Origin: a virus
Lineage: Duplodnaviria > Caudoviricetes
IMG/VR virus record: IMGVR_UViG_3300037418_002791
Coordinates: 11,741 to 75,740 of that record
Length of the DNA stretch: 64,000 bases
Strand: one strand, 5' to 3'
Below, in pieces: positions 20,078 through 30,127 of the stretch (position 1 is the stretch's first letter; every line of letters begins with the position of its first letter). The notes under the pieces were generated by a model. The model did no database searches. It saw only the letters and a program-made list of their open reading frames with translations, and had not been told where the DNA came from. The position numbers and the translations under genes are program-made.

Positions 20078-20259
20078 CGGACTGTTCATAGGTCCGCCCC
20101 GAGTCCATCGACATCGCGAGGGATGGACGCGCACTTCTCTACCGGTGGCGAATGTCGGATGACCGCCGGCTTCAACGAAATCCGTTGAGATTTCGATACC
20201 CACACCCATGGTCGTTCAATGGTGACGACAACTCTGTATTCGTCGACTCTTAAAAGTCG
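20078..20259 (+). other. Run of six short hairpins in early leader
   Basis: CGGAC/GTCCG, GTCCATC/GATGGAC, CCGGTGG/CCGCCGG, TCAACG/CGTTGA, GTCGT/ACGAC, CGACT/AGTCG. Confidence 0.55.
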
Positions 20260-20280
20260 CATTCGAAAGAGGGGACAACT

Positions 20281-20691
20281 ATGTCCGAAACACCCAAGGG
20301 TTATCCGTCGATCGACGCATTGATTGCGCAGACTCGGGAAATCGCCGCAGCCCAGCCGAAAAAGGTTTATCAGCGGCTTGATGTATTCGGTGACCACAAT
20401 GACGCGCAACCGAATTGCGTCTACATCGAGAAAATGCCTGGCGGCCAATTGATTCCGTCATGCATTTTCGGCCACGCCTTCGTCAACCTCGGTGTCGACC
20501 CGGAAATCCTGGAAGATGGAAACTTCGAGGACGACACCTCGATCAGCACCGTGCTCGAGGCGCTGGGGTACGAGGTCGATGTCTACACCGACAAGCGTGT
20601 CTCCTGGATGCGCCTCGTGCAGAACCGTCAGGATGCTGGAGTCCCTTGGGGTACAGCAGTTTCCAAGGCGGACGCTGATGTCGACGACTGA
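20281..20691 (+). CDS. Hypothetical protein, paralog family A
   Basis: C.Y...SCI.G.A.VNLGV.P and W...VQ..QD.G..W..AV..AD shared with 31993 and 32393. Confidence 0.85.
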   Translation: MSETPKGYPSIDALIAQTREIAAAQPKKVYQRLDVFGDHNDAQPNCVYIEKMPGGQLIPSCIFGHAFVNLGVDPEILEDGNFEDDTSISTVLEALGYEVDVYTDKRVSWMRLVQNRQDAGVPWGTAVSKADADVDD

Positions 20692-21460
20692 GCTGGCCAC
20701 ACTGACGGCCGAGGACGCGAGGGCGCTCACCGACCGCATCAAGGTCGGCATGGACGGCATCTGGGAGCTGATCAAAGACGCATACCAGTATCGCGCGTGG
20801 GCGGCCCTCGGATACACCGGCTGGGACGACTACTGCAACCGGGAATTCGGCACGCAGCGCATCAAGCTGCCCCGCGAAGAACGCCGAGAAGTCGTTTCTT
20901 CGATGCGTGAAATCGGAATGTCGGCCCGTGCTATATCTATTGCCACGGGCGCTGACAGAAAGACGATCGCGACCGACCTGAAATCAGGTGGAGGAAATTC
21001 CACCACCTCCGGAAAGGTCATCGGAGCGGACGGCAAGGAATATCCGGCGGCGCGCCCGCAGGAAAAGCCGGAGCCGGTGCCCGAGCACGACGACCACGGC
21101 ATCGTCGAGGTCGCGTGCAACATCTGCGATCGGTTCTTCCCGATCCAGGAGACCTACGAGGCCATCGGCGGCGGGTTCGAGTGCGAGGACTGCGTGAGCG
21201 GCCCCGCGGAACTGGAGCAGACGCAGCCCGCCCCGCCGGCTGACGACCGTCGCCAACCTCTCGCGCCGGCCTTTCTGCGCAAGGCGTTCGAGCTGAAGAA
21301 GGCCGCCGAGTCGCTGCGCAAGAAGGTCGACGACGACCGCTTCGACTACAACTCGGCGTCGGTCTCGCGAGACAACCTGCCCGAGCTGATCCGCGCGCGG
21401 CAAGACCTGGAGTACGTCATCGCCGCGCTGCAGGTCACTTGGAAGGGGAGCGAGGCGTGA
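20678..21460 (+). CDS. HTH DNA-binding protein with CxxC motifs
   Basis: RAWAALGY..WD.YC..EFG motif then GMSARAISIATGADRKTIATDL HTH. Confidence 0.75.
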   Translation: MSTTELATLTAEDARALTDRIKVGMDGIWELIKDAYQYRAWAALGYTGWDDYCNREFGTQRIKLPREERREVVSSMREIGMSARAISIATGADRKTIATDLKSGGGNSTTSGKVIGADGKEYPAARPQEKPEPVPEHDDHGIVEVACNICDRFFPIQETYEAIGGGFECEDCVSGPAELEQTQPAPPADDRRQPLAPAFLRKAFELKKAAESLRKKVDDDRFDYNSASVSRDNLPELIRARQDLEYVIAALQVTWKGSEA

Positions 21461-21707
21461 GCGGCGACGATGGCGTGGACTTCGCGCTGGGAATCGCCCT
21501 GGCGCTGCACGAGCGCTCGTTGGTGACCACCGATGAACTGCTGCGCCAAGGCGATGAGTACGGACGCCTGCTTCACGAACTGCGTGAGCGGATCACGGAC
21601 TACGCCGCCGAATGCGACAGCCGCGCAGTGGCTTTGGACCTTCTTCACATCCTCAACACCCTCGGTCGGACCGACTCTCCGACCGCCTACTGAAAAGGAA
21701 CGATCCG

Positions 21708-22562
21708 ATGACTACCAAACTGTTCGACGCCAACCATGTCCCTGCCTCTTTCGAGCCCGAGGTGGTGATGGTCGACGCCCCGAAGGCTCGCGAGTGGCTG
21801 GTGAAAAACATTCGTAACAGGCCGATTTCGAACGCCGCCGTCTCTCGCTACAAGGCCGACATGGAGTCCGGCCTCTGGCGGTTTGCCGCCGACCCGATCC
21901 GCTTCGACTATCAGGGCAATCTGATCGACGGACAGCACCGTCTGTCTGCTATCGCCACGGCCAAGCAGGGCACGGTGTTGCCGATGCTGGTTGTGTACGG
22001 ACTCGAGTCCGAAGCCCAGCTGGTGATGGACCAGGGTCGCAAACGCGATGCGGGACAACAGTTGGCAATGTTGGGCTACAAGCACGCGCCGGCCATCGCC
22101 GCCGGTGCACGCCTTCTGATCCTGTGGCAGTCCAGCAACCTGTTCGGTGACGGTGCCAAGACCAGCCGGATCACCGCGCCGATGATCCAGGAGTGGGTCA
22201 TCGTCCACCCCGAACTGGTTCGGGTCGTCAACGATCACCCGCACTTCATCAAGACCCTCGGCGCTCGCCCGTCGGTCACGCTGGCCTTCCTGTTCAAGGT
22301 TGCCGCTCAGCGCAAGAGCCTGGCGATCGAGTTCTTCGATCTGCTGCACGACCGCAGCGAGTTGCCGAAGGGCTCGCCGATCCTGGCGCTGGACAACAAG
22401 TTCCGCGACTACGACAGCTCGGCCGCCACGATCGAGTACCAGCGCGATCAGCTGGGCTACTACCTGCTGGCCTGGAACGCCTGGATCGATCGCCGGTCGC
22501 TGTCCAAGTTGCAGAAGCCCAAGGGCGGCTGGACCTCTCGCAACTTCCCGGAGCCGAAGTGA
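21708..22562 (+). CDS. ParB N-terminal-like (DGQHR) protein
   Basis: NIRNRPIS...PIRFD..GNLIDGQHRL.AI. Confidence 0.8.
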   Translation: MTTKLFDANHVPASFEPEVVMVDAPKAREWLVKNIRNRPISNAAVSRYKADMESGLWRFAADPIRFDYQGNLIDGQHRLSAIATAKQGTVLPMLVVYGLESEAQLVMDQGRKRDAGQQLAMLGYKHAPAIAAGARLLILWQSSNLFGDGAKTSRITAPMIQEWVIVHPELVRVVNDHPHFIKTLGARPSVTLAFLFKVAAQRKSLAIEFFDLLHDRSELPKGSPILALDNKFRDYDSSAATIEYQRDQLGYYLLAWNAWIDRRSLSKLQKPKGGWTSRNFPEPK

Positions 22563-22904
22563 GCATCTTCGGCAACCCAGAGCTTCGTCAGCTCAAGCGC
22601 ACAGCGCGCGCCATCCATCGCGACATCCGATGGAACATCCGCCGCGGGTTCGGCGAGCTTGTGCCCGAAGACCTCCACTTTCTCGACGAGATCACCGCTC
22701 GAATCAAGGAGCTGGAACAGAAATGAAACTCCGCGATATGAACCGCCAGCAGTTGCAGGCGGCATACGACTTCGCCGAAGCGATCGGCGACGAGAAGCGC
22801 CGGCGGAAGGTCGGCGGCCGACTGGATAAACTCGACGGCTTCGAGTGCGAATACACCTTCAGCCACACGATGCACTGGTGCGGTCACCGGGGGTGCAGGG
22901 CGTC

Positions 22905-23237
22905 ATGAGCGATTCAGCGGCAGAACTGTTCGCCGAACTCGAGAACGAGCGCGGCTTTGCGAAACTGGCCAACAGCCTGCGCTGGCTGTCGACGGCCGTG
23001 ACGTCCCTGTGTTGGGCCGCATTCTTCAGTGGTCTTTTCATGGCCATCTGGTCGAACATGCATCACGTCGACTGGGGCGCCGCCTGCGCCGCCCTGATCA
23101 TTCCGGGACTTCTCTTGGGATTCCCCACCCTGGCGGCTGCCGTCTTCCTGAGCTGGGGCGTCAACGAGTCTCGCGCCGATGTGCGCAAGGCGGAGGTTCG
23201 CTACAACGCCGCCCTCATTCGCGAGAACAATCTCTGA
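22905..23237 (+). CDS. Two-TM membrane protein
   Basis: Two hydrophobic helices. Confidence 0.65.
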   Translation: MSDSAAELFAELENERGFAKLANSLRWLSTAVTSLCWAAFFSGLFMAIWSNMHHVDWGAACAALIIPGLLLGFPTLAAAVFLSWGVNESRADVRKAEVRYNAALIRENNL

Positions 23238-23554
23238 GGGGATGAGCGCGCCATGTCCGAACTCGGTGAAGAATTCGACCGCATCGCCGCACTGATCGAC
23301 GAGCGCCTTACGCTGCGGGATTACGTTCAGTATTATTGGAATCGCGCAAAGTGCGCGGTGGGCCTCCACCATTTCCATACCGGTTGGCTCGGCGGGCGAG
23401 TATGCCTGTTCTGCGAGCGCATCCATGTCGAATCATAGGGCCCGCATCGATCTCGACGCATATCTGATTTGCGTCGTCACCGGAATTATCTACGCCGCGA
23501 TTCTCTTCGTTCCGGCATTCCGGTAATCCTTCTCACCAACGAGAAAGTCACATA

Positions 23555-24709
23555 ATGAGAATCCCCAAGCGGGCTGCAATGCCCGTGGCGATGCTTGCTG
23601 CCGCCGCAGGGCCCGCAGTATTCGCCGCCGTCAACGCGCCGGCCGCCTCCGCCGACGGACCCGACTGTCAGCCTCTGGTCATCGGCATCGGTGGCTCGCA
23701 GGAGCGCTACATGGAATCCCAAGGCGCGCACACCATCATCGAACAGCAGCTCGATTACTACGCCGGTCAGGGCTACCAGACCGAGAACGTCGACTACGAC
23801 AGCTCGATCTGGCCCGAGGGCCCTTACTCGCACGACGAGTCGGTGGCCGACGGCACCGCCAAGGCGTCGCAGATGATCGCCGACTACCGGGCATACTGCC
23901 CGACCGGCGAAGTGACCGTGGTGGGTCACAGCCTCGGAACCGAGGTGGCCGACAACGTGGCGCCGCAGGCGGATCACGTTGTGGTGTACGGAGATCCGGA
24001 CCACGGCAACGGTGTCTTCTCGCAGCTGCCCGGCATCTATCCCGGCGCGTCCAACCGTGGCGTGACTCCGGTACCGGCGAACGAGAAGGACGTCTGCCAC
24101 CAATACGACTGGGTGTGCGACGCGCCGCAGCCGTGGACCGATCCGGTCGGCTTCGGCCTCGCGGTGCAGGGCTACCTGAGCGGGTGGCACTACTACGGCC
24201 CGGGTGAGGACGCTGGAACGGCCGAGGGCACCGAAACCGTTGTCCCGGAACCGAGTCCGAACCCGGGCATCCCGCAGTCGACTCCGACCGGTCTTCCGGC
24301 CGTGCCGCCTCCGCTGGCCGCCGTGCCGCCGTTGTACTACGGCCCGCTGCCGTCGGTGCAGGACATCCAGCCCGAACTGAACGGTCAGCTGCCGCCGGCA
24401 CCGGCTCTGCCGAACCTGGTCCAGCTGGCCGGCGAGGCTCAGCAGGCGATCAGCTCGGTCGTGGCGCAGGTGCAGGAGGTCACGACTCCGGCTCCCGCTC
24501 CGGCGATCACCGTGGCGCCCGAGGTTCAGGCCATCCCCGACCCGACTCCGGTGATCGACACCCCGGCTCCGGCCTCGGTGCAGGACTTCGCTCCCGCTCC
24601 GATGCCCGACGTCGCGGCGCAGGTCCAGCAGGCCGTCAACGACGGTGTGCAGAACGCCGTGGTGCAGGTCCAGCAGGCCGCGGGCGCGCTCGGGATTCGC
24701 TTGCCGTGA
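23555..24709 (+). CDS. Secreted cutinase/PE-PPE-like serine hydrolase with Pro/Ala-rich tail
   Basis: Signal peptide (AxA-A|DG), GHSLG nucleophile elbow, YGDP, CHQYDWVCD, HYY. Confidence 0.8.
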   Translation: MRIPKRAAMPVAMLAAAAGPAVFAAVNAPAASADGPDCQPLVIGIGGSQERYMESQGAHTIIEQQLDYYAGQGYQTENVDYDSSIWPEGPYSHDESVADGTAKASQMIADYRAYCPTGEVTVVGHSLGTEVADNVAPQADHVVVYGDPDHGNGVFSQLPGIYPGASNRGVTPVPANEKDVCHQYDWVCDAPQPWTDPVGFGLAVQGYLSGWHYYGPGEDAGTAEGTETVVPEPSPNPGIPQSTPTGLPAVPPPLAAVPPLYYGPLPSVQDIQPELNGQLPPAPALPNLVQLAGEAQQAISSVVAQVQEVTTPAPAPAITVAPEVQAIPDPTPVIDTPAPASVQDFAPAPMPDVAAQVQQAVNDGVQNAVVQVQQAAGALGIRLP

Positions 24710-25245
24710 GCGACATCTACGACCTCGAGAATCGGCTCAAGGAAGCGCTCGACGCGCTGATGTCGATGTGGAATCAGTACTGCCCACCGCCGATGGGTCA
24801 TGCGTGCATGTCCGCCGGTGAAGACGCTGAGGAAGTACTCGAGAAGTACGGGCTGCTGAAGCCTGACGGTAATCCGGATTGGAATGCGTTGGAGCGCTTG
24901 GAGTTCTGACGCTTCACCGATGGGTGGCCGTGGATTGATTCGCCGATCCACGGCCACCTTTCTCTCTACTCGAAAGGACGCCGCCTTGACTCAGGCCGTC
25001 TTCAAGAAGGAGTTCAAGCTCCACTTCCCGGGCGACGCGACCGCCTACGACCCGGACGACGTGTACGGGCCCAACACCATGGGCGAGCTGTTCCGGCCGG
25101 CATGGGCGTTCTACGACGCAGCGGCCGACCGCACGACGATCCACTTCGATGTCGCCCGGACGACCGATCTTCCCGCGCTGGCAGAGAAGAAGATCGCCAA
25201 GATCGAGGAAGCGGGCCGCATCCAGCAACTCTTCGGCGGTGGTCG

Positions 25246-25725
25246 ATGACGGCCGGATTCTTCGGCGTGGCCGTCTATCACCCGAAGACAGCGGACAACG
25301 TTGGCACGCTGTGGCGTTCGGCGATGTCGTATCACGCCAGCATGATCGCCACCGTCGGCCCGCGGCGCTACGAGTACCAGAGCAGCGACACCTGCAAGAC
25401 GCACAACGCGATGCCGCTGATCAAGTTCCACGACATCGACGATCTGATCGAGCATTTGCCCTACAGCTGCGAGCTGATCGGCGTGGAGCTGACCGACTGG
25501 TCTAAGCCGCTGTCGACCTTCGAGCATCCGGACCGAGCTATCTATCTGCTCGGCGCCGAGGACAAAGGCATTCCCGAAGACGTCCTCGGCAAATGCCATC
25601 AGGTCGTTCAGATCTCGGCACCGGTGCCGTGGTCGCTGAACGTGGCCGTCGCCGGCTCGCTGGTCATCTACGACCGCTACGTCAAGACGAACGAGACAGG
25701 AGAGGGGTGGATCTCGCTTGAGTGA
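25246..25725 (+). CDS. SpoU (TrmH/TrmL-family) RNA 2'-O-methyltransferase
   Basis: KTADNVGTLWRSA, LLGAEDKGIP, SLNVAVAG SPOUT motifs. Confidence 0.9.
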   Translation: MTAGFFGVAVYHPKTADNVGTLWRSAMSYHASMIATVGPRRYEYQSSDTCKTHNAMPLIKFHDIDDLIEHLPYSCELIGVELTDWSKPLSTFEHPDRAIYLLGAEDKGIPEDVLGKCHQVVQISAPVPWSLNVAVAGSLVIYDRYVKTNETGEGWISLE

Positions 25726-25919
25726 CACCGCACCTCGCTGGAAAGACGGAACGGTCGCCAGCATCCAGGACCTCGAATGCGTGATGCACGCCTTCGGATT
25801 CACGTCCGAGACCTCTTACGAGAACTACTGCAAGATCCACGACCGCAAGCGTGACGAGCGGCACCGCGCCGAGGCTCTGAAGCTGCTGGCCGAACTCGAC
25901 GAGGAAGCAAAGAACCATC

Positions 25920-26447
25920 ATGAGTGACATCGACTTCAGCCGGCTGCAACCGCTGCGCGTGGCCACCGGGACGCACCGCGCCGGGTCCGGCTACGGGTGT
26001 GCGATGAACGTGGTGAGCTACATCACCGGCGACGTAGCGATCACCGACTATCCGGCATGCGCGGACGCGCATCTCTCGCGGATGGTTCAGCTGGTGAACG
26101 ACACCCTCGGAGTCAGGCGCGGCACCCGGGAGGGGCTGGCGGGCTCGCGGGTGGTCTTGACCCCCGAGGATGCCCTCACCGCGATCCGACTGGGATGCAT
26201 GACGATCGGCACAGCGGGTGTCGACTTCTACGTTGTGTATGCCATCGGCAACGAGGTTGCCGCAGAGTTCGGGTTTACCGTGCACAAGTCCGCCCCGCAA
26301 CACCACGTCCAGCGCCTACGCAGGGCCGGCTACCCGCCGGAGACGATCATCGGCTACGTCGAGCGCGTCCTGACCAAGGTGCGTGAGGCCGCCGGCCTGG
26401 ACGCCGCCGAGGAAGTGACGACTCTTCCGGAGGGCGTGCTGCTGTGA
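25920..26447 (+). CDS. Conserved hypothetical phage protein
   Basis: G.H...G.CAMN.VSY..G...TD.P.C motif. Confidence 0.7.
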   Translation: MSDIDFSRLQPLRVATGTHRAGSGYGCAMNVVSYITGDVAITDYPACADAHLSRMVQLVNDTLGVRRGTREGLAGSRVVLTPEDALTAIRLGCMTIGTAGVDFYVVYAIGNEVAAEFGFTVHKSAPQHHVQRLRRAGYPPETIIGYVERVLTKVREAAGLDAAEEVTTLPEGVLL

Positions 26448-26902
26448 TCGACAACGACTGGCGGTTCAGGGGCAAGTGCGCCGGGCGCATCGATGAGTTC
26501 GAAATCGACGCGCTCGGCCACGGTCGTAACCGAGATGCCAACGCGCGCAAGCTGTGCGCCGGCTGCCCGGTGTATATGCAGTGCGCACAGGACGCCTACG
26601 ACCACCCCGATCACAACGGCGTGGTCGCCGCCGGCCGAGTGATCCGCGGGACCAAGGGCGGACTCACAGCCGACGAGGTTCGCCGCGATCTGGCCGAACT
26701 GCTGGACGTGGAGTTTGTGCCCGCGAAGGACGCGCAGGCCGAGATCACCCGGCAGCAAACCATCCCGTGCGCGCAGTGCGGTCATCCAACCATGGGCGCC
26801 GTCGCGTACTCCCAGCGCCGGCCCGAGGGGGTGCGCCCTCGCCATTCGAAGGACACCTGCCAACGGTGCTGGAACAGAATGCAGAGAAAGGCAGCAGCAT
26901 GA
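26444..26902 (+). CDS. WhiB-like protein with extra C-terminal zinc-finger
   Basis: WRFRGKC...C..CPV...C...GVVAAG; later CAQC...C..C. Confidence 0.75.
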   Translation: MIDNDWRFRGKCAGRIDEFEIDALGHGRNRDANARKLCAGCPVYMQCAQDAYDHPDHNGVVAAGRVIRGTKGGLTADEVRRDLAELLDVEFVPAKDAQAEITRQQTIPCAQCGHPTMGAVAYSQRRPEGVRPRHSKDTCQRCWNRMQRKAAA

Positions 26903-27151
26903 CCGGTGTTGTGTACGCGGTGGAGTACTGCGAAGACCACGAGTGCCACGGTGTGAGCGGTCTGTTCACGACGGTGGACAAGGCGAAAGCCTTTGTGCCG
27001 CATGTCGAGTGGGAGCGCCCGAAGCGGGGCGAGTTCGACGACTGGGATTGGTCGGCTTTCGATCGCCCGTCGGACACCTTCTACATGATCACCCGCATGG
27101 AGCTGGACCCCGAGCCGGTGGCCGAGGAGTTCTACCCGGACGGTGACGACG

Positions 27152-27604
27152 ATGCTTAGGCGTCACACCCACGAGGGCGGTTACAAGATGACCGCGTGGG
27201 ACGAGTTCAACGCCGACTGCGAGAATCCGGACTTCTTCGCCGAGGCTGCGTGCAAGGGCCTCGACTCGGATCTGTTCTACCCGCACCCGACCGACAGCCA
27301 CGACGAGGCGCTGGCGATCTGCAAAGGCTGCCCGGTGCGCGAGAAGTGCCTCCGCTACGCCTTCGACAACGACGAGATCCACGGCATCTGGGGCGGCATG
27401 ACCGAGCAGCAGCGCAAGGCCATCACCGGCTCCAAGAACGAAAGCCTGCTCGCCGCAGAGAAGCGCCGGCGACTGAAGAAACTGGCCGCCATGCCACGAC
27501 TGTGCAGCCGCGGGCCGCTCGCCGTCGCCGAGGCGTTCGGAATCACCGATCGCACGGCCAACCGCGATCTGAGCGAATTACGCGAGAAGGGATTGATTGC
27601 GTGA
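27152..27604 (+). CDS. WhiB-family transcription factor with C-terminal HTH-like segment
   Basis: AAC.G.D..LFYP...A.AIC.GCPVR..C..YA...E.HGIWGG; start may be 27188. Confidence 0.9.
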   Translation: MLRRHTHEGGYKMTAWDEFNADCENPDFFAEAACKGLDSDLFYPHPTDSHDEALAICKGCPVREKCLRYAFDNDEIHGIWGGMTEQQRKAITGSKNESLLAAEKRRRLKKLAAMPRLCSRGPLAVAEAFGITDRTANRDLSELREKGLIA

Positions 27605-28380
27605 GTGAAATCGTCTGGGAAGACGCGATTCCCGGCGAGACGGTGTTCAAGGAATTGAACGACATTATTCGCTGGGGTGCGGCGAATGATCCTCGCAGCC
27701 TGCAGAAAGCGGTGGGCCCCAGCGGTATCGGTCATCCTTGTGATCGCCATTTGACGATGGCTATCATGGAGGAACCGAAGCTCAATATCCAGCAAGATCC
27801 GCTGCCGAGCCTCACCGGCAAAGCCCTTCACCTTCTCTTTCTCGGCGCCGACGAATTCAAGGGCATCGTCGAGAAGTGGAACGAGCACATCGGCTACGAA
27901 CGATTCATCACCGAGCGCCGGGTGAACCCCCGCCTCGGATTCGGCGGTAGCTGCGATATCTACGACACCAAAACCAAGGGCGTCATCGACCTGAAGAATC
28001 CCGGGTGGCCGGCGCTGCGCAAATACAAAGAGGCCGACCATCCCGGCGTCCAGTACGAAGTGCAGCTGCAGGAGTACGCACTCGGCTACGAAGAAGCAGG
28101 CTACGAGGTCCGCTACGTCGCCATCTGGGCGCTTCCCCGCGGCGGTCTTCTGAAAGATGCCTGGTGGTGGGGGGCGCCGTATTCGCCGGAGATCGCCCAC
28201 GCGGCCAATCTTCGGTACGACGAATTGGCGTTGGTCGCCGACGAACTCGATCTCGAACACCATCCCGAACGCTATCGACTGATACCCGCAACGCCGTATT
28301 TCTGCGACCACTGCGATTATCGCGTCGATGAGCCTGTCGCCGGGGCGCACTGCCTCGGAGAAGAGAAGACCGATGACTGA
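27601..28380 (+). CDS. Cas4-like PD-(D/E)xK exonuclease
   Basis: GPS.IG..C, CDIYD...VIDLK, QLQ.Y, C..C.Y.....C. Confidence 0.85.
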   Translation: MSEIVWEDAIPGETVFKELNDIIRWGAANDPRSLQKAVGPSGIGHPCDRHLTMAIMEEPKLNIQQDPLPSLTGKALHLLFLGADEFKGIVEKWNEHIGYERFITERRVNPRLGFGGSCDIYDTKTKGVIDLKNPGWPALRKYKEADHPGVQYEVQLQEYALGYEEAGYEVRYVAIWALPRGGLLKDAWWWGAPYSPEIAHAANLRYDELALVADELDLEHHPERYRLIPATPYFCDHCDYRVDEPVAGAHCLGEEKTDD

Positions 28381-28971
28381 ACAATACTTCGTCCACATCA
28401 ATCCCGACGGGACGACTCAGATGGCGAAGGTGTTGCGCCGCAAGGATTACGCCGACACCATGGACCACATCGTCGGCGATGGCGGGTTCAGCACTCTTCT
28501 TCCTCGCGGCGATCAGACTGCCGTGACGGCTGTGGTGAACGAGATCGCCTTCCTGTCCGCCGCTGTCGACCTCTTCAACGCCGAGAAGCGCGAGGATCGC
28601 GAGCGGGATGAGGCGTTGGCGCTGAAGCTGTTCAACGTTTTCGCCGATGCTGGCAACCACTGCGCGAGCTTCGATGCGATCCCTTACCGAAACTCGTGGC
28701 TCGACGTGGCCAAGGCCGCTCGGGAGGCCATCGCCGCCGAGGCCGCCGATGCGTGACAACACCACACCATCGGCCTCCTGGGTGATGACCCTTCTCGCGC
28801 TGCAGCGCAAGCCGAACATCTACGCCGGCACGGTTCCCGACAACGAGATCCGTCGCCGCCGTCGGCGCAACAAACAGGCGCGACTCTCGCGCCGGCGCAA
28901 CCGAAAGTAATTCACCAAGACACTGAGAATCTGCGATGTCGATTTTGTAGATCGTTTCCGCGTTCTCAGTC

Positions 28972-29107
28972 GGATTCAGGGCGTCAAACTGGGTGGGCAT
29001 AAGCGCGCGGTCCAAACGGTGCGCGGTCACGGGGCCCGGCAAGCGTAGTCCACGATGAGCCCGTTTACCTCCTTTCCGGGACGAGATTACTGCTGCGCCC
29101 TGAATCC
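28972..29107 (+). ncRNA. Candidate structured small RNA
   Basis: Perfect 12-bp closing stem GGATTCAGGGCG / CGCCCTGAATCC in a 235-bp intergenic gap. Confidence 0.45.
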
Positions 29108-29145
29108 ATTCCTCTTCACATTCTTCTATTCGAGGAGATCTCTCC

Positions 29146-29670
29146 ATGAGCAAATACGCTCGTGAATATTGGTATCGATCCGTGCAGTCATATGCGGACC
29201 GGTACGCCAGGGCCGACATCGAAGGCAACTACATCGTGTCTTCCGAGGAGAGGGACGGCCGTGTCGACGGCTGGGATGGCTATCGCCTCGACCTGGACCG
29301 CAATTCGCTCGACGAGCTTCAGAAGAAGTTGGACCGCGCCAAGGATGAGTCTCGCAAGTTCGACAACCGCGTCGGCTTCCTGACGGCGGCGATCCGGGTC
29401 CGCGAGGCGTGGGACGCCGACGAGGCCGAACGCCAGCGCGAGGCCGACGAGAAGGCCAAGCAGGAGGCTCGCGCAACGCGCATCCGCAAACTGGCCGGCG
29501 AGCTGCAGAACGTCTTCACCCATGGAACCCCCGAGGCGTCCGGCCTCTACTACCAGGCCGGCAATTTCACGCTCGGGCCCATGGCGGCTGGAGGTGGGGG
29601 CGGCAGCAGCTTGTCCGGCTCGTGGGAGCGATTGGCGCGCTGGATCGACCAGCAGTACGGCGACGAGTAG
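29146..29670 (+). CDS. Hypothetical coiled-coil protein
   Basis: GAGGAG RBS, phage-like codon use. Confidence 0.7.
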   Translation: MSKYAREYWYRSVQSYADRYARADIEGNYIVSSEERDGRVDGWDGYRLDLDRNSLDELQKKLDRAKDESRKFDNRVGFLTAAIRVREAWDADEAERQREADEKAKQEARATRIRKLAGELQNVFTHGTPEASGLYYQAGNFTLGPMAAGGGGGSSLSGSWERLARWIDQQYGDE

Positions 29671-30127
29671 CCGTGGCCTCCTACTTCTGCGTTCTGTGCG
29701 GAAAGTTCTTCACCTCGCTCGAATATCTCGAGCACGAATGCAAGGGCGGCGAGGATGTGCCTCTGCATCAACTGCCGTGAATTCGACCCGGAATACGACG
29801 ACCCGACCGGGGCGGGCTGGGTCATCAGCGATGAATTCTGGGACGACGTGTGCCGGAAAGAAGGCAGCGATGGCTGACCTCAACGTCTACGACGCGGTGC
29901 GCGAGGCAATCGCCAATTCCAACCGCGAGTGGAAGCGCTGCAACGTCGACATTCAGATGTTCTTCGACGAACTCGGCGCCCGCGGATACCACGTCGAAGA
30001 AACGGCGGAAGTTCGGCGAGAACAACTTGAAGGGGTCAACCGACGCGGTAACGACTCGAATTGGGCCTACGTATGCGGCGTGGAATTGCCGTGGGCAAGC
30101 AATGTGCATCCATTCGAGTGACCCCAG

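Noticed and set aside
23441-23550. Riboswitch upstream of the cutinase-like gene
   Set aside because: Only short hairpins (CGACGCA/TGCGTCG, TTCTC/GAGAA); no known aptamer motif recognised
27601-28380. Cas4-like gene as evidence of a CRISPR system
   Set aside because: No repeat-spacer array or other cas genes; solo Cas4-like exonucleases are ordinary phage recombination genes
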